This document shows positions 38,749 through 50,994 of a stretch of DNA of 64,000 bases, piece by piece. Position 1 is the first letter of the stretch. Every line of letters begins with the position of its first letter. This stretch comes from Camelus dromedarius (taxonomy: Eukaryota): the NCBI RefSeq assembly GCF_036321535.1, contig NC_087436.1, forward strand, positions 65,040,001 through 65,104,000, given 5' to 3'. The position numbers were made by a program, and so were the translations under genes. The notes beneath the pieces are model-generated. The model was not told where the DNA came from and ran no database searches. It saw nothing but the letters and a program-made list of their open reading frames with translations.

Positions 38749-40325
38749 GTGGGTAAAATTAAAGTGTAACTATTACAGTTCATCCATATTATCCATATTA
38801 TTCTTACACAAAAATGCTATTTACTTGAAGAAATATAAAAGGATTCACTGAGGATATACAAATAGGAGAAAGTATTTTCACATGAAGTTACTAAATTAAT
38901 ATTTAGTGAACTAGAATATGATGCAATTATTTATTGCTTCTCTGAGGATTTTGTGGAAGGAACGAATGAAAGAAAAAGAAAAGAAGGGAAAAGGAACAGG
39001 AATCTATAAACTCTAACTCCATTTGGAAAAAAAAGTAGAGCTTTTTTATTCTTACAGAAGAAAATTGTTTTTTCAAGTGTCCAAATGCCTAAAATATCCA
39101 TACAAAGAAGTCATGATAAAATGAATTATAAAAATAATAATTATTAAAAAGTCACATTAATGAGGAAAGAACTCTGCAGTTCAAGATGTACTGTGATGGT
39201 GTCAACAGCAATGTTGCCATTTAAAAGGTCCATGCTGTCACAGTGGCTGTATTAAAAAAAATGGACAGAGAGGTATAGATCATAGTGGTTCATGGTGATG
39301 TAGGGATTGTGAGCATTCTTAACTTTATATGATTTGGCAGATAACAGTTTTAGAATGCTGAATTGGAAAACAAATATCTTATTCTTGTATCTGTAAAACC
39401 AAAAGGAAGAAGAAGGTATTCATAACATTCATTCATGTTAGAGAAAAATCAAGAGATAGAAAAAGAAAATTCTCTGTTGTGAATATCTAATTTCCAGACA
39501 TTATTAATCCAAAAAAAAGTTTATAAAAGAAGTTTCAAATGAACTTTGAACTATTGAACATTTTTATATAATGGAAATAGTTACTAAAGGATAATTTTTT
39601 TTTTCACACCAGAATATAATTTTACTAGCCTAACAAAAAGCCACTGTTACTTGCTTAAGTGGCAGAAAGCCAACCGGAGCAGCATCATTATATAACATTT
39701 TCTAGCTGTGTTATTTTTCTTTAGTTAAGAGTGACGCATACAATATCAATATTAGTTTGAGCTCATTGACCCAAGCAGTGATTCAAAATTGATTTTATGT
39801 AGTATTTTTCTTTAGTAATATATTATTTTACTTCTAGCACCAATTAAGACCATTTCATTGAAATCATAGTTTGATATGTTTCTGTTTAAGCTGAATGCAT
39901 TTTTTAAAAAAATACACAATTTATTAGAATTGCCTCATAATGAATATTTTGGTCATTTTATTGCTAAATCTGTTGATAATTCTTTCAACTGTGCTGCAAG
40001 GAAACTTAAGGAAAACCATTAGCCCTACAAAACGTGTGTTTGCTTTGACCCTCTCACTGATGTCAATGACATTAACACACTGAAAGAGTATTTAAGACAC
40101 TGCTTTATACCTTGTTATTGCAGTATCCTAGAAAAGAGAGATTGGGTCTATCTAGACTTTCAATAATCAAAGATTATTAGTTTCATATTGAAAATGACTT
40201 TCCTGATCATTTATAGTATGGTAATTATTCTCTGTGCCATCACTAGTGAGGAGTGTATTAAAACAACCACTGTATAGAAATCGGTTAATAAATCAAGGAG
40301 ACTGGAATCTGCAGGAAATCCTTAC

Positions 40326-40477
40326 CGCTCTCTTTCATGAACAGGCTTCACCGAATGCAGTGGGGATGAATGCAAAGCAGGCCTGAAGTACCAAGCACAG
40401 CGGCAGCAATGTAGGGAGACGCTGCTGCTGCACTGGACAGGCCTGGCTGTTTTTCCATATCCAGGGAATCATTAAGT
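40326..40477 (-). other. Candidate exon (152 nt), possibly non-coding or 5'UTR
   Basis: Branch-like ctaat, acceptor 'tacttctacag|', donor 'GCG|gtaagg'; GC-rich with CpGs in AT-rich surroundings. Confidence 0.3.
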
Positions 40478-41424
40478 CTGTAGAAGTATCTAGCATTAGA
40501 TTTTACAGAAGCCAGCCAAATAATCCAAATATTAACCTTTTTTGGAAGCACAGGTCAGAGAAGCAAGATAAAGGCACATTCTAAATTATTTCTGTATTTG
40601 AGATTTTTGGAGAAGAAGTAATATTCCTCGCTTTTCGCTAGAAAGTAAAAGCCATCCTCAAACAGACTTGTTCTTTTCTCTCTGGGTGCCCTTTATAATT
40701 ATTATCATGTTTGTATTTTCACCATTTATCAGTGTTTCATGATATTAATACTGAATCTACATTATTTTATTATACTGCAGACAGACATTTTGGAAGATTC
40801 TTCTCTGTTTCCTGTGAAAGCCTGAAAGCAATGGGAAACAGAGACATACATATCGTGTGCTGTTTTTTGTGAAGTGCCCACTACGGCCTTTATTAGTTAC
40901 CAGTTGACTCAGCTGCCAGAGTGTCTGGCCCCTTTCACTGGGATCTGAGACCAGGACATGGGTTTCTGTTTTTACAGTGAGAGGATCATTATGAGGGATA
41001 AGGGCTGATGGTTCCTCAGGGTGGTACTATTTGCTGATGGACAAAGTTGAGCAGAGTTATTGAATTATTGAAAAGATGTGAAATCATGACCGAAGATCGA
41101 AATTATAGCTATGTTTCTACAAGTTTTTACAGAAGTATCTCTAATGGCATAAGATCATAAACTAAGGACACCTAATGAATTGCTTGGTGTCCCGTTGCCC
41201 TATTCTTAAAAGTTCATGGAAATTTTACATTCAACTGTAAAGCATCAATATTTTACCATAAAGATGATGTTTTACATTACCTACCATGTGAGATTTTTTT
41301 ATTTCTCTTTTGCTTAATGGCTAAAATAAATGTTTATTTATGAAAAATCTAGGTTGAATGGAGAAACATCACTGCATATCAGCTTCCTTGTCTGATCAAT
41401 TTCCTTTTGTAAAGAAAAAAACAA

Positions 41425-41472
41425 TATATATGTATATGTGTGTGCGTATATATATATATATATATATATACG

Positions 41473-41541
<69 letters not shown>
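41425..41541. repeat. Compound (TA)n(CA)n(GA)n microsatellite
   Basis: Direct reading. Confidence 0.95.
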
Positions 41542-41544
<3 letters not shown>

Positions 41545-43689
41545 TGTAAACCAATATTCCCCAGCTTACTGAGCTATGTCAGCGGAACCCCTATACAGAA
41601 GTGCTAGGCTAATGTTCCCAAAGAGGTGGCACCATTCAGTGCTGAAATTTTCAGTAAATGTATTATTCAGTACATTCAGTATTATTAGGGAATTTAGTTA
41701 ATTGTGTCATATGCTAATGAAAGGTACACTGACTTACACATCTTTTTTTTTTTTAACCAGGCATGTTCAGTGAAGGAAGATAACTCATGCATTCTTTTTA
41801 ACCATTAACACTACAATTTTTGTCATGTATAATGAAAAGTCAAAAACTACTTAATAATGCCAATGATCAAGTCTCTTTTTTCCACCTGATCAATGGTATT
41901 TCTATTATATGGATATCATCAGTTGTTGAACATGAATGCTCAGGCTAGAAAGATAGCTGCTAAATAATCTGAATTTGTGAGCAACTTATTAAGTAAACAA
42001 TGAATCTTTCCCCCTCATCCTCATGTTTATACTTTACCAAGACATCATTATGTTTCTCATTTTAAGAAAAGCAGCAAATAAATTTTGGCTAATGTATTCT
42101 ACATGCCAAGTAAAGATTTATCTCTATATCTGAAGAAAGCTTACAAGTCACTTCAAATTCCATTATAAATCTTGCCAAAAGGGTTTAAATTATTACTTTA
42201 ATTTACCACTTAAGGACCCAGTGAAGATACTGAGAAAACCAGGATGCAAATAATTTTAAGCTGAGAAATCTCAGTGAAAGGTGTTTGGGCTCAGAATGGG
42301 CCAACTGGGAACCCTGACTCTTGCATTTTACTTATTATAGTTCTTGTCCCATATAAGCATTTATCTCTATTTCTTCCCGGTTGAAAAAATACTAATACTT
42401 GAAAAATTCTTTACAAGTAATTTCACAATTAAAACTGTCTTCAAACATATAATTTTTAATGTGGGAAAACAAACTAGAACAAAACAACAAAAGAACTAAA
42501 ATGCAACTATCCATGCATAAAGGTTCAAGGTAACATTCTGGTTGATTTCAGTCTTTCAATCAATTATTCGGAAAATTATATAAGCTTTACATTTTTTCCA
42601 GCTTGGCTTCTTTTTACCAAAAATAGACTCATTCATGTCTTTGGTACAGTACTTCATAAAATTTCCCATAGCATGAGCTTATTGTTCTGTTATGAGTCGA
42701 AAACTCGTAAGAAGCTTCAACTATTTTTGTTTGCTAAGTCACAGATAGAAATCTCATTTTACTAATTCATATAGGTAATAAATAGAAATTTATTTTTATA
42801 AACTATATTTATTTTTTATTTGTAGCCCTATTCCATCACAGTGTCAAAGCTTGTAATCCAAATTATTTCACAGGCTCCCTTTTCCTATTCTAGGTACTGT
42901 GTCAAGATTCCATGGTCCCTACATAGTCCCAAGACACTGGAGGGTAAGTCGGACATCTAGTCCTAAGTGTGTTTTGTCCACGTTGACTTCTTTTGAATCT
43001 TTTGTCTTGCTGGATTCTCAGTGGTCAGTCTATATAGATGCCTACTAAGTTATTACTGGTTCTCATCTGGTCCATTCAGTTCGGCAAAGCTCTTTTCTTC
43101 TGTAGTGCCATGTTCAGGCAGAGAGAAATTCTTCTGTTTTTTGCCAACTTTTTGAGCCTGACAAAGCCCCAATCTGCCTAAAAATTCCATACAATTGTTT
43201 TTACTTTTTGCCCCATTTTAAGTTGCATAGATATTATCCTGCTGTTGCTGTGTGCTCTGGGACCTAAGGAGCTCTGTGACATTTTTGAAGGCTCTATCTG
43301 CATAACACACAATTTAGTCATCTTTCCCTGGAGACTCACTGCTTTGCTGAGGTGTTACTAGGAGATAAGATACAATTACATCGTGGTCTCAGTTGCCTCA
43401 AACATGTCCAAGATGAATGGACTATATAAAAATAACAAAATGTAATACAAAATAAACTCAACTGACCATTTACCTGCTTCTGATTGCCTGTTTTTTTTTC
43501 TTTTTCTTTTTTAATAGAAAGATAGTTTTTCTTCTACCAGTTGTAGAGTTTTCTTCTTACCTAGGCTTTGTACTCATATCTTACTTTCTTTAGGCATTTA
43601 TTTCTATATTTAATGGATTCTGATTTTCTGACTCATTGTGATGGCGATGATGATGATGACAGCTATATCAATCAGGCAAAGTCAAGAAG

Positions 43690-44160
43690 AGAGAACCCAT
43701 GCCAGGTGGTATAATAGAGGGAATATAACATTGGAAACTAGTTGGAGAAATGATAAAAGACATGAAAAACCAATTGGGTGATAGTAAGACACCCAGAACT
43801 TAGAACAAGTGAAAGCTGCTATCATCCAAAATGATATAGTGGGACAGTGTATCAAGTCCAGTGGGAGAAGATGGTGCTGTGAGAGTTCAGGGACTGAGAG
43901 TCTCCAAGGGAACTCACACAGTGAAGGATAGGCAGCTCCTGCTGAGGCCTGACTTGGACCCAAGTCAAAGAGAAAGGTTAGTATCCTGACTTCTTTCTGT
44001 TCTCTCCTCTAGTATTCTGCTAGTGCATCCAGGATCTTGAAACTAATTAGAAGCCAAGAGATAAAGGAGCCCAGGAAATGGAGGAGCCTCGCATCTGTGG
44101 TGTAGAGCAGAGCAAGGGGTATCAGGGAAGGGATCTGAAAGTAGGGAAACCAATCACAGG
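43690..44160 (-). mobile_element. Old ERVL-type LTR fragment (LTR16/LTR33-like)
   Basis: 'ctcctctagtattctgctagtgc...gaagccaagagataaaggagcccaggaaatg...gtgtagagcagagcaagg'. Confidence 0.5.
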
Positions 44161-44278
44161 TTCAGCTGCCAAAGAATAATAGCAAATGTGGTATTTACCA
44201 ACCTTTGATGCTGGCAGTATTATCCCCACTTTACAGGAGAGAAAATTGAAACAATATTGTGTTAAAAATGATAATAAA

Positions 44279-44796
44279 CTAAAAATAGACATGCCATATG
44301 ATCAAGCAATCCCACTTCTGGGCATATGTCTGGAGGGAACTCTAATTTGAAAAGATCCATACACCCCAGTGTTCATAGCATCACTATTTACAATAGACAA
44401 GACATGGAAACAACCTAAATATCCACTGACAGATGACTGAGTAAAGAAGTTTTGATATATTTATACAATGACTACTCAGCCATAAAAAGAAATAAAATAA
44501 TGCCATTTGCAGCAACATGGATGGACCTGGAGATTGTCATTCTAAGCGAAGTAAGCCAGTGGAAAGGGATAAATTGGGAGTTTGAGATTTGCAGATACTA
44601 ACTACTATGCATAAAATAAATAAACAACAATTTTCTTCTGTATAGCACAGGGAACTGTATTCAATATTTTATAGTAACCTATGATGAAAAAGAATATGAA
44701 AATGAATATATGTATGTATATATATGACTGAACTATTATGCTGTACACCAGAAATTGACACAACATTTTAAACTGACTGTACTTCAATTAAAAATA
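44279..44796 (+). mobile_element. 5'-truncated L1 (ORF2 end and 3'UTR) with internal deletion
   Basis: 'gcaatcccacttctgggcata...atgccatttgcagcaacatggatggacctggag...ctgtacaccagaaattgacacaacatt'; probable TSD aaaatgataataa/aaaatagtaataa. Confidence 0.9.
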
Positions 44797-45589
44797 AAAT
44801 AGTAATAAGGACAAAGAACAGGTTGTTGAGGGGGCTAGAACAGGAGAGATGTGGAGAAAATATTAATCCTTCTTTTAGTCAACTTTATATTGATAAACTT
44901 GTTAAAATCACCATATTCCCCTTTAGTAAATTTTTTAAAAATATGAAAATAATCATGCACCTCTCTTTAAAAAAAAAAAACTTAATTTATATTTCTTCCT
45001 CAATTTTCTTTTCCATCTCTCTTATCTCTTTCATAAGCAAACTTCTTGAAAGATTTTTATAGGTTGTCTCTTATTCCTACCTTTCATTCAGTTTCCTGCA
45101 GTGTTTTCTAATTCTCCCATTCCCCGAAGCAGTAATTGACAAAGCCCCCAAATGATCTTTTACCTTGACATGCAGTGAGTCTTCTTCATTCTTTTTACTT
45201 GACCCTTTTCTCTTTTTCTCAAAAAAGGTTCTGCCTTTTAGCATAAAAGTCACCACAATTATTTTTAGTTTCTAGGCAGTAAGTTGGAGAGAGTGAAAAA
45301 ATAAAAAAAGGGGCCACATCCATACCTTCTAATGAACTTTATGAAAATGTCATACATTTCTATTTACATCTCCTTGGCTGGAAGTAAGTCATAGGGCCAT
45401 ACCCAACTTCAAGGAATTCGGGGATATAAAATCTTTTAGCCAGTGGCAATATGGAAAGAATTGAGTTCTGTTATTTAAAAAACAGAAAGATTGAATGGAT
45501 ATTTTGAGGTGCCTAGCAGTTTCTGCCAAAGAGGTTATGTTTGATGTCTTCAGTTCTCTCAATAAAATATTAAGTAGATCATTTAACAC

Positions 45590-46620
45590 AATGGAGTTGA
45601 GAATGTAGAGAAATGATGTGATAACTTATCTCAATGATGGAAAACAAATGCACTGAGGAAACATCATAGGAGTTCTAGGAGTTACTGATTTTGTGCTCAT
45701 TTGAGAAATGTGATTATGACTTTACTGTGAAATATGCCATTGTATGATTTTCCTTGCCCTGGAAATGTTCATATACTCAATTACAGGCAGTGAAATGGTG
45801 TAGGTTAGCATTCAACAAGAGTTCTCTTAGGGTGAAAAATGGAGGAAAAAAGGGACAAAAGGGTTGAGGGTATGCGCAAATGAGTGATTTTAGTGGCATA
45901 CTGTGTAATCAAGCTGGACAAAAAAGAAAAAACCTGGGAAAGTGCTAATAAAATGATAGTTATACCAAGAGGGCTGGAGAGGGGTTAGGAATTGAACTGT
46001 CTGAAGTCCACATTTCACATGTAGTTGGATTTCTAATGAAGTCAAAAGTAAATATGGGAATGGGTGTCTAAGTTACAGAAGGGATAAGAATTCAGGGACC
46101 AAAGAGATTGGGTGAGGCTAATTTCTCAATGTCCATGTTGAAGTAACAGAGAATGGTAATGAGGTAGGGAGAAATTCTTTGCCCTGAGAGATGTCTTCAA
46201 CAAATAGTAGGGAGTAGTTCAGTAGATGGTATCAGGACCCAAGAGGGTGGCCCAGGAAGAGAACATAAACATTCATTCTCTCAGAAGAAAGTGGAGGGAT
46301 TAATTACCTGAATATAGCATTAAAGAAGAAAGTGAACACCTATCTCATCTGTTGGTTCTAAAGTATGTGGACCAAAAAAGAATAAAAAAAAGACTTTCTA
46401 TTAAGAGCAGTTCAGTGGAAGAGTTTTCATAAGAGAGAGCCAGGTTTTAATGAAGATCAGCCAGTCATGAGAACATTCTGGGAAGTCATGGCAGCTATAG
46501 GGGAGTTTAATGATCATAAGTTAGAAGGTTGAAATGCATGAAGGAGAGTGGAGGACAATTTGGTAGGTAAGTGTGTGTAGACAGCAATGTGGAAACTGGT
46601 GATTTTAGCATAAATAAGCA
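45590..46620 (-). mobile_element. Ancient L2-like LINE fragment
   Basis: Purine-rich degenerate sequence typical of antisense L2 ORF2. Confidence 0.4.
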
Positions 46621-46961
46621 TGTGAGGGATCAAGGTATCAGGGTGAGGCAAACACCTGTTTCCCTGGGCCTTTGTGCTTTTCCAATGATTAACTAAAAGG
46701 TAGATCCTTAAAGTTTCCATTTTTCTACTGGTTAAGGAGGGAACCTTACTGCAATTGCTTGTTTAACTTTATTAGAATTCTTAATAGTTTTCTCCCTGTT
46801 AGACTATACGCTCTATGAAATCAAGGACATACTCGATATTGCAAACAATTATATCTATGGAAACAGCATAGAGCCTGGCTTGTTTACCTAGGGCTTCTGG
46901 TGCCAAAGTTTTCAGGGGCCACAATGATAGTATTACATAATTGAAAATGTATTGGGTTTTG

Positions 46962-46963
<2 letters not shown>

Positions 46964-47002
<39 letters not shown>
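46964..47002. repeat. Poly-T (39 nt)
   Basis: Direct reading. Confidence 0.95.
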
Positions 47003-47005
<3 letters not shown>

Positions 47006-48135
47006 TTTTGATTATAGCGACGGTTTGCATATTTCATTGTGGAAATAGTCTTATTTCCACAAGTAAATATATTTTCCCCTTTTCTTAAAATGTGATATTT
47101 TACTGGTCTACCTTTTTATTTTCAATTCTGTATAGAGGCATGGATAGGAGGAAATGTTTCTCTATGGGTAGCAAGGTGGCAGGGCTCTGATAAAGGAAAA
47201 GTGAGGGAGATAGAGTTTGAGTGGGGAGTGGTCTGGACTCAGACATATCCTGTCTAAAGAAGGGAGCCTCTTCTCTCTTCCAGCTGGTTGCTAGCCTGTG
47301 AAAATACAACACCGTGTTGTTTAAGGGAAGATAGAAATCTAGATTTCGGTATGAAATGTCCTGATTTTTAAAATGTTGGTTCAACTTTTTAAAACAATGC
47401 AGGCAGAGTATATGATGTCAGATGACCCTATGTGAGCTCTTCTCAATCTAGATTCCTAGGTAGTCAACAAGTACTTGTTGAAAAAGTGAATGAATGATTT
47501 GAAGAAGATAATTTTCTTTAACTTATTGTAGATATTTGGTTATATTTAAAGGAAAATACACTTAAATCAAGCAATTTAATATTATAAACTTTTTTTTATA
47601 ATTTTCTTATTCAGAGGTGTTTTTTTTCAAGTTCTTAAAAGTAACATGCTGCCGTATTCAGAAGCTTTGTTTTACCCAGAATAAAGCTTTTCTATTGTGA
47701 AATTATTTTTATACATGCTTTATGATTGTTGTGACCTCTTCATAAAGATAGCAATAATTTATTCATCTAACAAAATTGCTTTCAAAGACCTTGTAGAGTT
47801 AATAAATTATTTTACATATCAGATTTAATTATTTCCAGTGAAAAAGCAATTTCACAGTCAGATTACTCTTCTCTCAGGGCTGTAATCAATGAATGAAGAA
47901 CACTGATAGTAGGTTATCATAATTCTGTTCTGGTGGTCTAGAAAGAATTTCCATCTTGGTTTTTATAAATGTCCTTAAAATGTCACCAATTCAAAGTAGC
48001 AGAATTGAGATTCTTCCTAAAACAAACTAACAGAAAACCTAAGTCAATATAAATATGTCTGTCTATTTTACATAGGAATCTGTATACAGATGTTTTCAAA
48101 AGCATAATTTATTTCCAGTGTAGAAACATATTTTT

Positions 48136-49017
48136 TTACTTTTTTATTGAGTAATTGTTATTTTACAATGTTGTGTCAAATTCTTGGCGGCGCAAGTTCT
48201 CTGAGGTGCCAGGACAGAAAGATCCTATCTGTCTTGGGCTATAAACAAGTCTCAGTTCTGCCTAGGAGGTTGTGGAGCCCCCGGGTGCAGATTCAGGTCT
48301 CGGTCTTGACCCCGCCCAGGCACTGTGCACAGGAGGAGATGGTGGCTGTGGCTGATCCCCGCCTCTCTTCCCACGAGATGTGCCAGTAATGGCGGTGCAG
48401 GTCTGAGGAGACAAAGGCTATGGCACCCCCGCCCACCCCCCCGCCCAGGGCACACCAGCCATGTTGCTTTGCTTTTTTTGCAATTTATGGGGAACCGAGG
48501 TTGTTCTGCTTCATATCCCCTCCCAGCCAGGGCCGCAGCATCCTGCAGTCCCCTGGGGCTGCCTCAGTGCAGCCGCCCCAGTCCTCCGCCTGGCTCGGGT
48601 GGCCTGTCCCCGCCCCAGCTGCAGGCTTGCATCTCGGACTGGGTGTTGTGGGGACCCTTTGTGCCCATTTAACTCAGTTCTGTCAGTCAAGGGGTGCTCA
48701 GGGCAGATCTGAACCTCGGGAGCTCCCCCTCTGTCCCGCTGGCCTCTCCGTTGGAGGGGGGAGACCCAGCGAACAAGTGCCTGTCCTCCTTTGCCGCTCC
48801 CTCTTGGTAGGATCGGTCCCTCGCTGTTTTGCTTTTTCTTCTTTATTTTTTTCCTTTTCTCCTACCAGATTTTTGGTGTCTTTGTCTTTCGAAGAGGGCT
48901 ATATTCTGTTGGAGTTCGGTGGGTGCTCTGGTTGGCTGAGTAGGTCCGTAGATGTGAGTTTTGGTGTATTTGTGGGAAAGGGTGAGCTACAGGCGTCCTT
49001 CTCCACCATCTTGCTTC
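48136..49017 (-). mobile_element. Mini-L1: L1 5'UTR (~48183-49017) fused to the last ~47 nt of the 3'UTR; 21-bp TSD
   Basis: TSD ccagtgtagaaa(ca/tg)tattttt at 48115-48135 and 49018-49038; YY1-like caagatgg at the 5' end; 3' end 'aatttgacacaacattgtaaaat...caataaaaaa' matches 28142-28184. Confidence 0.88.
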
Positions 49018-49149
49018 CCAGTGTAGAAATGTATTTTTGAGTATATAAACTTACTATGAAACTCACTTCTATAAGAGTAGATTAGCATGAAAAGAAAATC
49101 TTTAGTATTTTGAGGGGTCCTCTGTGTATAGCACAAAGGGAAAAAGAGA

Positions 49150-49609
49150 CTGAATATGCAAAGGGCAAATGCCCAGACCATGTTTAAAAATAAAACTCTA
49201 ATCCACAAACTCTGCAGCAACCATTCCAGGAAGCCAAACCACAACTTCTATACCAATTGTCCCTGAATGATAATAACTTGATCAATAAATGACAGCTTCC
49301 CTAATTTTGCCCCCACTCCCAGTTTAGGACCAACCAGAACAAGAGAAGTATGCTCCCCTAACCAATCACACAGGATGCCCCTAACCAATCAAACTAAGTG
49401 CTCTGCTGCTTTTAGCTTGCCTCCAGAGTCCGTGTGCCAGCAACCTCCAATCAGAGCCTTCCCTGTTTTTCACTATAAAGCTTTCCCACTCCTTTGTCTG
49501 CCTTGAGTCTCTGCCAAATTCAAGTGATAGCAGCTCACTCCCAAGCTTTACAATAAGCTCTGGATAGTCTTTGCTCATTCCCATTTGAGTGGTCTACATT
49601 TATTTCCAC
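49150..49609 (+). mobile_element. ERV1-type solo LTR
   Basis: Repeated 'aaccaatc' boxes, 'ttttcactataaagctt' TATA-like motif, ends 'ttatttccaca'; 5' boundary uncertain. Confidence 0.75.
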
Positions 49610-50119
49610 AGGAGTTATATAAAATTTTGTTTTTCTCAAATGAATACAAGTAAGCAAATGGACAATGAATACGTTATACCAGAAAAGCTTTGAGATAAAA
49701 TATGGTGATATTTTACAAATGATAATATGTTAGTATTCTTTAAGATCATGAAAGAATAATCTCAGCCCTTTCCTAGACAAAAAGGGAAGAAATATTTTCT
49801 AAGTGGGCCAGTCCTTTGACTACATATCTCGATAGAAATTTTAAGTCCTAGAGAAGGGCTTAGATTTCAGGACGAAAAAGATAGTTTCCATTGTCAGTAC
49901 CAAAAGGGGAGGAGGAGTATTGTTTTAAGAGGAAAAAGAATTCACAATAACTGTTTAAAATTCATGCATGACTACTGAAATTTGACCTTTTACTTGCCAG
50001 AGTTTAAAAATTTAAATTTACTTCTAGAAACAATATTGACTATGGTAGAGTGTAAACTCCAGGAAGGCTTATGTTGATAGTAATAATGATGATAATATTA
50101 AAAAACAATAAAAGGTAAT

Positions 50120-50325
50120 AGCTATTATTTACTGAGTATCTACTATGTATTAGCTTGCTTTAAATTCTTCTCATTTAAGTTTTACAAAAGTTCTATGAAA
50201 TAGGACTTTGCTTTAAAGATGAGGAAAATAAATCTTGGAATGTATAGTGACTTCCAAAATTCACAAGACTAGTGACAAAGGTGAAATTCAAACCTAACTT
50301 TCAATGACCGAAAACATATGTCCTT
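50120..50325 (-). mobile_element. MIR SINE fragment
   Basis: 'tttactgagtatctactatgt...ctcatttaag...tttaaagatgaggaaaa'. Confidence 0.6.
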
Positions 50326-50994
50326 TGCTTAACAGTTTCAAGATTTTTTACTTCCTTTTTGAATAACCATCTTGGCAAATATATTAAAATGTCTTTAAAA
50401 TATATTAAAATGAAACAGATCCTTAACAAGCCCTTCTTTTTCAATATTATATTGCTATTTATTTGTTTTTGTTTTTAATTGTGTTAGGCATTGTAGCAGT
50501 AGGAATTTTAATATTTTTGTTGCTTCATTTAATATGTATTTTCTACAATGTACTCTGCTAGACGTAGGAGATAAGAGGTGAAAAAATCCCTTGCATGCCA
50601 ATTACTTGCAATCTAATAGAAGGTGTATCCACAAAGAAAGCAAGCAATAGAGTGCTGCATGCCTGATGGAGAATGGGGCAGTGGTATAGGGAAGATTTCA
50701 GAGAAAAAGTGATAATCCTTCCTTCTTTCCTTTCCTTTCCTTTAACAAGTGTTTGCTAAACACTGTTTATTAGAACCTATTCTAAATGCTGGAGATATAA
50801 AGGTGAATAAGGTCAATAACGCATAATTTCTGAGAGTAGGTTGCTTAGATTCTAAAAAAGGAAACCAATGTGTGTACAAATAATGGCATTGTTAATGTTT
50901 ATAATATACATACTTAAAATTGCTGGGGGTTGTAGAGAAAGGATCTTTACTCTGCATAGAGTGCCAAGAAAAACTAAGATGTAAAAAACCACTC

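Noticed and set aside
41608..41622. CTCF-like 'caaagaggtggcac'
   Set aside because: The 5' half of the motif matches poorly
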